A stretch of DNA of 34,461 nt from Octopus bimaculoides (lineage: Eukaryota): assembly GCF_001194135.2 (NCBI RefSeq), contig NC_068986.1, positions 110,482,744-110,517,204 of the forward strand. The letters are read 5' to 3'. The translations under genes were made by a program, and so were the position numbers. The notes below the pieces were generated by a model, which saw only the letters and a program-made list of their open reading frames with translations, was not told the origin of the DNA and ran no database searches. Of the stretch, positions 23,499-34,461 are shown piece by piece (position 1 is the stretch's first letter; every line of letters begins with the position of its first letter).

Positions 23499-24536
23499 NN
23501 NNNNNNNNNNNNNNNNNNNNNNNNNNNNNNNNNNNNNNNNNNNNNNNNNNNNNNNNNNNNNNNNNNNNNNNNNNNNNNNNNNNNNNNNNNNNNNNNNNNN
23601 NNNNNNNNNNNNNNNNNNNNNNNNNNNNNNNNNNNNNNNNNNNNNNNNNNNNNNNNNNNNNNNNNNNNNNNNNNNNNNNNNNNNNNNNNNNNNNNNNNNN
23701 NNNNNNNNNNNNNNNNNNNNNNNNNNNNNNNNNNNNNNNNNNNNNNNNNNNNNNNNNNNNNNNNNNNNNNNNNNNNNNNNNNNNNNNNNNNNNNNNNNNN
23801 NNNNNNNNNNNNNNNNNNNNNNNNNNNNNNNNNNNNNNNNNNNNNNNNNNNNNNNNNNNNNNNNNNNNNNNNNNNNNNNNNNNNNNNNTTTGTAAATATG
23901 TTTGTATACATTTATGTAAGTGTGTGTTTGTAAGAGACAGAGTGTGAGCGAGTCAAGGGGTGTGTTGTCATATGCATCCATCATTTTTGGATGTATGTGT
24001 GCGTGTGTGTGTGTGTGAAACAGAGTGAGAGAGCGCTGTGTATGTAGTATTTACTCTCTCTCTCTCATACACACGCACACACACACACCCACACACAAAG
24101 ATGTATGCATATTTATGCATGTACGTATACATGACAACAAACCTCTCTGTATCATTCTCTCTCTCTCTCTCTGTGTCACACACACACACACACACACACA
24201 CGTCCATTTCATCTGATGTGTGATACTGTGTGTATTTGTGTGTGTGTGCGTGCGTGCGTGGGCGCGTGCGTGCGTGGGGTGGGGTCCACAATCGCCATTT
24301 ATTTCAATTACTCTTGTGAGGATATTCACGTAAATCATTTTTTTCATTTAATCCCCATTTTAATTTTCGTAAAAGTTTCCAAGTACCAATGAGGCTTTTT
24401 GGTGCATCTTCAATTTTCCCTTTCATGAGAGGCGGATAGCCATCATTCATCTGAGAATCCATCTACAGAATGTCCTAAAATTTCTATACAGCATATTTTG
24501 CTGTTTTTCTTCCAGTATATAAGCAACAATTTCATT

Positions 24537-24564
24537 CCCGGGTAACACCGGGTGCCTCTGTTAG
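24537..24564 (+). mobile_element. Helitron-like 3' terminus
   Basis: Hairpin CCCGG-GTAACA-CCGGG (24537-24552), an 8-nt spacer, then TTAG|T. This is one substitution from the canonical CTAG|T. Confidence 0.5.
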
Positions 24565-25470
24565 TATTATTATAAACGGTGCAGTGGTTAGCAGGGAATA
24601 TCCTGATGTCGGTCACCCGTACACCGTGGGTATCGATTAGCCGGTCCGCTGGCGCTTTGTGGTCAAGGAAAAGAAAACAAAATATACGTTTCAGATAGGA
24701 AGAATTCACCAAGAATAAGAATATTTATGGAAAACTGATATAAACCATAAATCTTGTCTGCCATGGTTACCAACTCCCATATATAACTCTAAGTAAGCAT
24801 TGACCTGTTTAACTGTGAGATTTGAAGCCTAAAATATAAGGAAAGTGACAAGGAAAGTGACCATCTAGCACACAACAGAAAATAATATTCGCAAGCTTAA
24901 CATTTTAACCACTGGGGCCCGTACCTGGTGGCTTTGGAATATTGTAATCAGAACTGTGAAACGACGTAAAATTATCTTAAATTTCACATTTATATCTATT
25001 CTTAGAGGTTATCTAAATTGCAGAGATAAAGCAATATTCCATGGTAGGTAATAAGCTTTCTCTCTCTCTCTCTCTCTCTCTATCTCTTTTCAGACTCCCT
25101 CTGCCTTTCTCTCCCAATCTCTCCCCCTTTCCTTCTCCCCCTCTCTCCCACTATCTTTCCCCCTCTCTCTCGCTATCTTTCCCCCTCCCTCTCTCTCTCA
25201 ATACACAAACCCATAAACGCAATCCCCACACTTTCCAAACACGTTCCTATCTAGTTCAAACTCAGGCTATTTTGTTGCTGTTGTCGTCTTTGTTGTTGTT
25301 GTTGTGATTGTTATTGTTGTTTTTGGCCGCTTTTGTTTTTATTGTTGTTGTCTCAACCCCAGTCATCTTTGATTAAACAGACTTATGATCAAAAGCTTTG
25401 CCGACGCTATTGTTGCTGTTTCTTTTATTGCTATTGCTGTTGCTGCTGCCGATTTGCTTCTCGCTTCGCG

Positions 25471-25539
<69 letters not shown>

Positions 25540-25557
25540 GTTATTATTATTATTATT
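25471..25557. repeat. (ATT)n microsatellite within a GTT/GCT-rich low-complexity block (25270-25610)
   Basis: Directly visible. Confidence 0.95.
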
Positions 25558-26389
25558 GTTAGTTTTGTTGCTGTTGTTGTTGTTGCCGTTGTTATTGTTA
25601 TCAGTGTTGCTGTTACAGATTTTCCGCCCTCTTTTAGCTGTTGTTTTGTACTTTTGGAAACTCTTGCTTCTATCCTTCTGCTTCTTTATGTCTCATGGAT
25701 GTTTGAGTCCTGTAACAACATTGCCATTAAACTTTCATAGTGAATACGGAAAATAAAACTCTTCCTCGCCCCCTTCCTACCACTACTTCATGTGTATAAC
25801 CTACTCTACAACCACCAATAGGACCATAAACCATCATCAGCGCCTCTAAAAGTATACTCTTGTACCATCTCCGATCCAGAAGAGCCATTTCACACTTCAC
25901 CTTCAACAACCACAACAAAACACATTGCAACCCGTCTAAATAACGTGAGTTTCGTCGATAACATTACTAACACCACCACCACCACCACCACCTCAACAAC
26001 ATCAACAGAAACTTTTCTTACAATGTCACCATCAATACTACTAACAGCCGTACCACTAACCTGCACAACAGCATAACTGTTAACCTGCACTCTAAGCACA
26101 AGAACCACTTTACATATTTTATCTACATTCACCATATTCGAATCATTCTAGCATGATATAATTTTAAAAATATAACCACACAAACGAACACCTACACAAT
26201 CCCTTACACATACGTTAGTGTGCTTAATTAACGTCCAAATACATCCTCCAACTAATCAATTCCAAATTTCTCTACCGAAACCACACTTGGCAAGAAAAGC
26301 ACAGCAACCCGAACGTCCGACGTTTTCTTCCCAACATTACTACGAATTACAGTGAAAATCTTCGAACTTAAATAATCTTTTCTACTATA

Positions 26390-26585
26390 AGCACAATGCC
26401 GGAAGTTTTTTGGGGGAGTGGGCCAGTCGATAAAATCAACCTCAAAACGCAACTGGTACTTAATTTATCGACCCCGAAAGGATGAAAGGCAAAGTCAACT
26501 TCAGCGGAATTTGAACTCAGAACGTAACCGCAGACGAAATACCGCTAAGCATTTTGCCCGGCGTGCTAACGGTTCTGTCAGGCGG
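26390..26585 (-). mobile_element. SINE family B, best-preserved copy
   Basis: The minus strand reads ...GTTAGCACGCCGGGCAAAATGCTTAGCGGTATTTCGTC...TCTGAGTTCAAATTCCGC (A/B boxes), then the conserved central domain GCCTTTCATCCTTTCGGGGTCGATAAATTAAGTACCAG. Confidence 0.9.
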
Positions 26586-26752
26586 ATTCTAATGCCAAGA
26601 AGGTCGTTGGGGAGAGCCAGTGTGCGTATCGGAGATATTGTTCTCTGTGCGGAATGCTCAGACACACACACACACGCTCCCCCAACAACAACACATACAC
26701 ACATACATGCAAGTTGGTGCGGGAATAAGTTTTTCATATTTATAATCTGTGT

Positions 26753-26753
<1 letters not shown>

Positions 26754-26808
<55 letters not shown>
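26754..26808. repeat. (AG)n microsatellite
   Basis: Directly visible. Confidence 0.95.
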
Positions 26809-27045
26809 AGTGGTGACGTTCTGATATAAATTAAAGTTCCGAGGTCACTACTAAGTTCTCTGCGTTTATTTCAGCGAATTTCTTACAAAGTGTCAAACTA
26901 CTTTCTCCCAAAATCCACGTGAAGCAGACGACAATCGTCGGAAGAGGGCGAGTAGAAGGAGGAGGAGGAGCTTGTGGCAGTGGTTATTTGGTAATTCTTA
27001 CATCAAAACAAAACATAGAAAACCAGATAATCAGGAAAACAATAA

Positions 27046-27250
27046 CTACACTACTACTACTACTACTACCACAACCGCAACCACCACCACCACCACCACC
27101 ACTACCACCATAAGCATCACCACCACCATCTCAACCACCACGACTACGACCACTACTAGAACTACTACTACTACTACTACTACCACCAGAACCACAACCA
27201 CCACCACCACCACCACCGTCATCACCACTACTACTACTACTACTACTATA
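27046..27250. repeat. (ACT)/(ACC) trinucleotide array
   Basis: Directly visible. It is the source of the poly-T/poly-V ORFs. Confidence 0.95.
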
Positions 27251-27334
27251 TACTGCTGCTCCTGCTGTTGCTGGTAATGATTATTATATACGAAGATGTT
27301 GAAGATGCTGATAATTAAAAGAAAGCCAGGGCCG

Positions 27335-27500
27335 GCCGTCTTTGAGGGAAGGGAGAGTCGATTAAATCGAACTCAATACTCAACTGTTACATATGTTAAG
27401 ATCCCCGAGGGGATGAAGGACAAAATCGAACCCGGTGGAATTTGATCCCAGAAGATAAAGATGCACGAAATGCGTTCTAACGGCTATGCTCGCCGCCCTA
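27335..27500 (-). mobile_element. SINE family B, degenerate
   Basis: GTCGATTAAATCGAAC...CCCCGAGGGGATGAAGGACAAAATCGAACCCGGTGGAATTTGATCCCAGAA...GCTCGCCGCCCTA. Confidence 0.7.
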
Positions 27501-27626
27501 ACAACAACAACAACAACAATAATAATAATAATTATAATCCTTTGCCACTTTGAAGTAAGTGTGACGCATACAAGATGTACTTACAAAACCAAAACGTTAG
27601 CATATTAATATTATTGATAATAGTAA

Positions 27627-27664
27627 CAACAACAACAACAACAACAATAATAATAATAATAATG

Positions 27665-27722
<58 letters not shown>
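27627..27722. repeat. (AAC)n(AAT)n microsatellite
   Basis: Directly visible. Confidence 0.97.
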
Positions 27723-27724
<2 letters not shown>

Positions 27725-28276
27725 CCCGGATGCAGTACCAGGCAGTGACTCTCATGGCTTCTGATCTTAATTGATTGGACGTGGTATCATGTACATTGTT
27801 TTGTCTTGGTATAAAAGATGGGCTACAGCAAATATTCTGCTCAATACCACAGATTTGCTTGTCAGTTGTTTGACCTTAACCAGTTGAGCATGTCCCTTGG
27901 TGACTGACGATATGTGCTTCTCTGATCACGAATAGAAGTAGTGGTGGAGCATCATAGTAATGTGTTGAGAGGAGTTCTTTGGGGTTTGAATAATTCACCT
28001 TTGGAAACATAGGTGTTTTGCTCAACATTCTTAAACAAACCTTCTTCAGGGACCTTTTGAGTGGGATGGGCTACCCACCTGAAGAAAATTCTAACTGGGC
28101 CCCACCTGTGAGGTCCTGCGTTGTTTATCTTGATATGAGATCACCATGTTATGCACATATGGTTGTGATGCATGTGCCTGGTGTACCCTTATCAGACGGG
28201 TAGTCATGATGGGTCTATTGGGCTTCGCATATTTTACCCCAGTGTCACTTTGATGGCATGCACTGCTCTCTCACTC
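27723..28276. mobile_element. Unclassified ~555-bp element embedded in an (AAT)n array; probably a non-coding retroposon or LINE UTR
   Basis: High-complexity block with sharp (AAT)n junctions on both sides, terminal hairpins, and no recognisable ORF. I recall it as an abundant octopus repeat, which is unverified. Confidence 0.6.
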
Positions 28277-28314
<38 letters not shown>

Positions 28315-28325
28315 TAATAATAATG
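28277..28325. repeat. (AAT)n microsatellite
   Basis: Directly visible. Confidence 0.97.
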
Positions 28326-28329
28326 ATTT

Positions 28330-28826
28330 CCTTATTGGCCACGAGGGCCGATCACAAAACAAATAGGGACGATACAATACAAGGGACAAGTGGGATGTTG
28401 AAAAAGACGAGTATACATAAAATAACAATAACAATTAACTAGAAAATTCCGACAACAAATATCCCCAAAAGTGGGGAGTTCAACTCAGGGCCACCCAAAG
28501 CATTCCACGCATCCTGGTCACTCCCACCGCCAAGAGCACCTCTTCCCCCCAACCGTTTTGGCCCACAGGCAAACGTTCGGAATGTCCCCAGTCACACGGT
28601 CCATCCTCGTCACATTTACCCACAATTTAGCAAAAAATAATGGGAAGGGAACAGAAAATTCCTCTCTAACCTCACTTTCCTTTTCAAGTAGAACTTGAAA
28701 AAGTTGATGAGGGCTTAGCTGAAAAGGAAAGTATTTGTCTTCAGTCTTTTCAATCTCGTTCACCATACCACCTCCTTCGCCACAATCACCAGGCAAAGGA
28801 AAATAACAATAAATCCAATGTAACAT
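28330..28826 (-). mobile_element. L1/Tx1-type LINE 3' end (ORF2 C-terminus plus 3' UTR) ending in (ATT)n
   Basis: The minus strand reads FLCLVIVAKEVVW*TRLKRLKTNTFLFS*ALINFFKFYLKRKVRLER, then after a frameshift AKLWVNVTRMDRV. This fits the Tx1/L1 ORF2 AK..IW..R ... F..RW tail. A pyrimidine-rich UTR follows and ends at the microsatellite. Confidence 0.7.
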
Positions 28827-29045
28827 AAGTCCTTATGGGATTTTTAGAAGCTAAGTGATGCTCGGAGACCAGACATTATTGTAGAAGTTGTACGGAAGAA
28901 GGAAAACAAGATTATAGATATAGCCATACCTGGGGACGCATTCGTAGGTAACAAATAGCTGCAAAAGATGGACAAATACTAATTACTAAAAGATGAAATT
29001 GTAAGAAGGTGGGAAGTGAAGAGAGCAATTGTGATATCCACACGG
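28827..29045 (+). mobile_element. R4/Dong-clade LINE RLE (PD-D/ExK) domain relic
   Basis: Reads LWDF*...ARRPDIIVEVVRKKENKIIDIAIPGDAFVGNK*LQKMDKY*LLKDEIVRRWEVKRAIVI, with the RPD...IIDIAIP.D...K..KY..L..EI..W signature. Confidence 0.85.
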
Positions 29046-29119
29046 ATCAGCAAACAATTTATTTGTTGAAGTTATACATAAAAGCTCCGAATAACTTTAG
29101 ATTCATTAGTTTCGGAAGC

Positions 29120-29166
29120 CTCTGTCTGAGGAGACACAATGACGGCGAAACAATGTTGTTCCAGAG
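29120..29166 (+). ncRNA. Degenerate minimal type-I hammerhead ribozyme
   Basis: Stem I CTCTG(T)/(C)CAGAG, core CTGAGGA (29126-32), stem II GAC/GGC with one mismatch, GAAA (29147-50), stem III ACAA-TG-TTGT, triplet GUU. Confidence 0.55.
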
Positions 29167-30208
29167 CCCCTTTTGCTAAAACACCTTCATTGTAACAAAT
29201 CTGTTCGTTTGTGACGATTAGCGTAGTCTACTTTTGAGGAGGGGGGGGATAGAGAAAAAGGAGGTGTTGGGAGGAAGGCAATGGATTGGGGGACGTTGTG
29301 TATTTACTGTAATATTATTATAATATTGTATGCGAATTATATAATATATTAAATATCAAATGATTCATAGTATATATAAATTAGTAAAATCTAAAATATT
29401 TATTTATACATAAAAATAGGGGTGGGGACGCTGAGGGGTATTATGTGGCCATGAGGGGGACGGTGGCCAAATCGTTTGAGAACTTCTCATATAAAGTCAT
29501 CGTAACGACGTGCTCGTCGAGGAAGAATGTAAATTAGAGTTCTGTGTGATTTGAACAGTGCGAAAAATATTACTGGTATAAAATTGATTTACATCTTTGC
29601 CACAACAACAAAAAATATTAGTGCAAACGTGATACATGACTGGTATTTAGAATTATCAATTCAATCTCAGATTAAGATTACTTAAACCAGCTGTATTTGT
29701 ATCTGACATTTCAATTTGATACCGTTATGTTTTTTTAGCTAAACATTCCACTCTTAGACTCACCATCACCGTTACCATCATCACACGAGCACCACCGACA
29801 ACAACATAACAACAAAATGATTTATAACAAATAAATACATAAATATAATCAATACCGGGCGAGTATCTGTGAAATTACTATATGTTCAGCCTCAGTTGAT
29901 GTACAATTGGCTGCGCCAGTTATTACTTCTAAAGTGGAACATTTCTTACCAAAGCTTTTTACTCTTTATTTATCATTATAGAATAATTAATGACAAGTTT
30001 CAGCTAACCACTACTCCTCTGTTTTTCCTTTTCAATGGCTCTCTTTCATCTCGTTTTATACTCGACGACTTCACGCCGATTACTTTATGATTGTTTTCTA
30101 GTGTATCTTTATCTATAAATAGTTTTCATTAGTAGTATTAATAATACTCATTAGATTTTGTTAATATTCATAAAAATCTGCGAAGTGTTATTTTATTTTC
30201 TGATTTCA

Positions 30209-30234
30209 CATACATACATACATACATACATACA

Positions 30235-30262
<28 letters not shown>
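30209..30262. repeat. (CATA)n microsatellite
   Basis: Directly visible. Confidence 0.95.
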
Positions 30263-30265
<3 letters not shown>

Positions 30266-31427
30266 GTGCATTTATGTCTCTACTTAGTTGCGAAGAATTN
30301 NNNNNNNNNNNNNNNNNNNNNNNNNNNNNNNNNNNNNNNNNNNNNNNNNNNNNNNNNNNNNNNNNNNNNNNNNNNNNNNNNNNNNNNNNNNNNNNNNNNN
30401 NNNNNNNNNNNNNNNNNNNNNNNNNNNNNNNNNNNNNNNNNNNNNNNNNNNNNNNNNNNNNNNNNNNNNNNNNNNNNNNNNNNNNNNNNNNNNNNNNNNN
30501 NNNNNNNNNNNNNNNNNNNNNNNNNNNATTATTATATATCTAATGCACACGATTACTAGCCGGTGTGTATGATTTTGTGTATACACACACATGCATGTAT
30601 GTATGTTTTTACAAAGATAAATGCACATTTGACCAAGCGTGTTTATATGCAAATATGCATGAATATATACATTAGTATACATATCTATATACGTATCATA
30701 CATATGTGTGTATATGCAGAGGCATGTATAACACTTTAACGCATATATACACAAACAGACACGAGCATAGACATGTTTATAAATTAGCTTTCTTTGACAA
30801 ATGCTACAAAAACATCTACGGAATACAATAAAACACACAATAATACAGGGTTGAATGCAACGAACGTTATTTATGTGTTAATCAATTCTCCTTTTAACAC
30901 ATACAACTAATTCCTTGCATTGGACGAGTCCATTGCCAAGAACGTGCCTACCACCTACTTTTGGCCAACGAAGGCAAGCAGTTTTCGACTATGAGGTTGC
31001 TTGACCTAAATAGGTTCTGTGGTGACTGAGACTGAAAGAACTGAGGATGGCCCCTTTCATTTACGGTCAAGTTCACCGACTTTTGCTTTCTTTTTTTGTT
31101 CAATATTCACTCACACAACAGGGCAAGACCTTACACCAAATTCAATGAAAGGTGAGAAAACGATCAACACCTAAATAATTGGGTTTATTCTCAGCATCTG
31201 TCTGAAGGCTACAGGAATAAACAGCGGGCAATGTGTACTCGCAATAAGCATGGATGTTTGGGGCAACCGGATTGGATCTATATGATAGTCACCTACCTCT
31301 GAAGACTGCTGCATCTATTTCTACATTGTTTGGCCTGTTTTCTCCTTTCCTTAAATTTCTTTTCATTCGTGAGATTGCAGTATAAACCAAAACATTTTTA
31401 CTAAGGGGACCCCGTAATATCCTACCC

Positions 31428-31540
31428 CGTTATTCTTTTGAGGTCAATAAATTAAAGTACCTGTCAAGTACGAAATTATGTAATCAGCTAATTCCCTTTC
31501 CTCAAATTTAACTGGTTTTGTGTCGAAATTAGAAAACATA
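31428..31540 (+). mobile_element. SINE family B 3' half, degenerate
   Basis: TTCTTTTGAGGTCAATAAATTAAAGTACCTGTCAAGTAC...TTGTGTCGAAATTAGAAA parallels 18728-18838. Confidence 0.65.
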
Positions 31541-34334
31541 AAACGGCGAGTAGGCAAAATCGTTATATTCATACATACACACTACATATATGCATACATA
31601 CATGCACACATACATACAAACATGCAAATAGACATGCATACACACATATGAACGTACGTATGTATGTATGTATATATGTGCGTGTGTGTGTGTGTGTATA
31701 AATATGTATATTTGTATGGATGTATATTTGCCAGAATTCACTTGGAGCGTTTGGTTTATAACATAAAATTTGCGTCATTATAGACCATCATTAACCGAAA
31801 TTCAATATTGATGTAGTAAGCTCGGTTCAAAGGTAAAGCAGAGTGATCTGGTGAATACTCATCAAATTTATTTGGTCTCAAGAATGGAGAGTTCTGTGAG
31901 GGTGAGGTGGGGTGGGATGTGATCTATGTGTTCCTGGTGAACTTCAAACGGTTCATTAAAAAAGTGTAAAGTGAAAAGAAATACAAGAAAGCAGTAGGTC
32001 AATTACTAATATATTTCAACTCTTTCAGCAGCATCGTATGAATGTTCTAGACACGTTTCGGACGTATTGCATCTCTACGGTGAGGAACATATATATACAC
32101 AACACCGTACCTTATAAAGTGTTGATAGAAAAATCACTAAGTAAACATACGGTATCGTACACATGTATATGTATGTGTGTATGTGCACGTATGTGTGTGC
32201 GTGTGAGTATGTGCATATATGTATGTATGTATATATGTATGTATGTATGCATGTATGTATGTATGCATGCATGTATATATATTTGTGTACGATGCGCGCT
32301 TAAATGTATAAATGTATATCCTGCTATATATGTGATAAACATTCACACATACACAAAAGGATTAAAAACTCTGGCATCCACAAAGCACTCATTATTTAAA
32401 AAAATTGGTTACAAATTTTCAACAATCAGACATCAGTAAATGGAAGTCTAATGCAAATGACAGGTAAATCCTCATGCATGACAGGTAAATCGAAATATCT
32501 TTAGACAGAATTTCGAGAAATTCAGAGTATTTAACAAGTGTATATATGCATGTCTGTATATATGCTCAACCAAATTAATCTGCCACTCACAACACTTAGC
32601 AGAACCAATTATGAATTCCACCGAAATACTCTCTGCTTCCAAAATGAGAATAATCCCATAAAACATTTCAATATCTTTATGAGAGTATGACTTTAATGAT
32701 TTCCGCTTGTTGTAGTAGGTCAAGTGTCTACATTTAGGTTTTCCCGTTGACTTCTGATCCCACAATGATTGTTAGCCTGCGGTTGGGCTTGAGCTATAGT
32801 TCTGTTACGTATTATTAATCGAAGTTAGAGGAAATGATTTACGAATTGTGAAGTCTGATGTTCTGTTCAAGTTAGTCCTAACGATGTTGACCTATAACGA
32901 AAACTGTTCAAACTTTGGTTCTCCAGCCTTCTCCTCTATCGAAATGCGCTGGTTATTATGGGCATCGTTATATTAACAGAGATTTATGTCTTTTCACAGT
33001 GTCGATTATTATTTCTAGCAGATTATGGGATTACGTCGCGGCTTCTTTGTTGACACGATATTGGTTTACGTGGGTGTATATGCATCGAAAATACATGTCA
33101 TTTCGGTTCTAAAATGGCTGCTAAGATCTAAGAAGCCTTTCTAAAATGATGTAGTGAACGGTTGTTACAGTAAGAATCATATAAGAAAGTATTTTCTTCA
33201 AAGGGAAAGCAAATTCAAATATCACCTCAAGTCGGCCTCTCCTGTGCAGTGAAATTATGAAGAAGCTCTTAGAGAGTACGTGATAAGGATTGGCCAGAGG
33301 TGCAGTGGAAAACATTAAAGTCAACTGCTGCTATCTACACTCCGTTGTACTCTTGAAAGCTCTCGGGGATACATCTATTATGATCGCACCAAAGTCAACA
33401 TGGAATCATCGAAGTCTTTTATAACTATCGATAAGCTATCGAAATTGATTTTTAACTAAGTTTATTTCTGTAATATGAAGTCTAAAGTCTTTTGACATAA
33501 ACTTTTAGCAATAACGTGAAATATTAGTACAGGGTCATACACTCACAAACACACAGATGTCTATACCTGTACTCACAGAAATACAGAAATATTCATATAT
33601 ATATATAACACAAAAACACACAGATATTCACATACATACATATACAAACATATTTAATAAGAATATGAAGCATTTCGGATAGTTACTGTTATCTCTGTGA
33701 TGTCGATTATTCAAACGACTGAGGTAGCAAAGCGACGTGATAACAAATGGATGAAAATAATCGTAATCCCAGGATAATGTCATTAGCCATTGAAATGTTA
33801 ACGATTATAAAATATATTATACATTTATCTACTTGTCACACGAAATATAAAATGATATATTCATCACCTAAGTATAAAGATGTGTGATATCGTTCTTTTC
33901 AAACTCATATTTCTAAAACAGTCGAACGCAGATAAGGTGCGTATCATTAATGAAGCTTTAGTGTAAATGAATGACTCGATGGATTTTGTTTAGGAGAGCA
34001 ACTCTCAGAATATCTGACATCAAGTATGTGGGAAATAATCCTTTTACCAGTAGGTAATTGGAAATATCTGCAAGAATTTAATCATTTGTTCAAAACTACC
34101 AAACGCACTAATAGGATGTTATACTCCCTCTTGTGACAACGCCTGCAGATGTTAATATTACTTTATTTAACGTTATTCGAAGCAATTAGAAAAGAAAAAC
34201 ATTGAACTGTATTTGGTGAAATTCTTCGACGAAAGCCAGGTAAACGACCGACAGCCGAACTCGCTTCTGCCAACAACTTACACATCAAATGGCGATACAC
34301 TTTCCTAAACTAACAAGAATTCACGAGATAAGCA

Positions 34335-34337
<3 letters not shown>

Positions 34338-34386
<49 letters not shown>
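34338..34386. repeat. (AT)n microsatellite
   Basis: Directly visible. Confidence 0.95.
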
Positions 34387-34387
<1 letters not shown>

Positions 34388-34461
34388 GAAAGAAGGTTTG
34401 AAAATGCACTTATTTTTAAAAAATATTTATTTACTTAACCGGTTTCACTTTTTTAGAAAAA

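Noticed and set aside
25740-26140. Mucin-like Thr/Pro/Ser-rich frames
   Set aside because: Stops occur in the candidate frames; this is degenerate ACC/AAC/ACT low complexity.
341-26921. At least 11 CACGTG E-boxes, two in longer palindromes (5648-5661, 20900-20915)
   Set aside because: Several lie in repeats or CA/TG tracts that inflate the count, and they are not clustered.
29440-29490. hAT/MITE-like end (...TGGCCAAATCGTTTGAGAAC)
   Set aside because: No matching opposite TIR or target-site duplication was found.
6515-30838. Long ORFs in the track filled with X or with YI/CV/TH/poly-N/T/L/V runs
   Set aside because: They are translations of N gaps and microsatellites.
30910-31030. LALDESIAK, reminiscent of the piggyBac catalytic motif; also KDIEMFYGIIL at ~32620-32660 (-)
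   Set aside because: Only a few residues match and the flanking motifs do not align convincingly.
33720-33727. TGAGGTAG (let-7 5' end)
   Set aside because: Only 8 nt match, with no let-7 body or hairpin.
9750-34060. Other splice-site-like pairs (minus acceptor ~9830; plus ~31121-31150; plus ~33990-34055)
   Set aside because: They are either stop-blocked or too short to exceed chance, and they form no coherent gene model.
1-34461. CRISPR array, rRNA or prokaryotic-type system
   Set aside because: No repeat-spacer array, rRNA sequence or operon-like ORFs; the window is eukaryotic repeat-rich DNA.

Overview
AT-rich eukaryotic genomic DNA with nine N-gaps (~2.5 kb in total). The SINE families and microsatellite load suggest an octopus or other coleoid cephalopod; this is recognition from memory, not a database result. 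I find no confident host protein-coding gene, tRNA, rRNA or CRISPR array, and most ORF-track entries are microsatellite or N-gap artefacts. The window is a transposon graveyard. It holds three tRNA-derived SINE families in multiple copies and decayed ORF relics of R4/Dong-type LINEs (4), Penelope-like elements (2), an RTE LINE, an L1/Tx1 LINE 3' end and possibly a Sola transposase. It also has Helitron-like termini and many simple repeats. The best unannotated signal is an apparently intact minimal type-I hammerhead ribozyme at 7197-7260 (+), with a degenerate second one at 29120-29166 (+). Neither is attached to the Penelope ORF relics in the window. Protein-family calls are by-eye matches to remembered consensus motifs, and repeat boundaries are approximate (about +/-20 bp).
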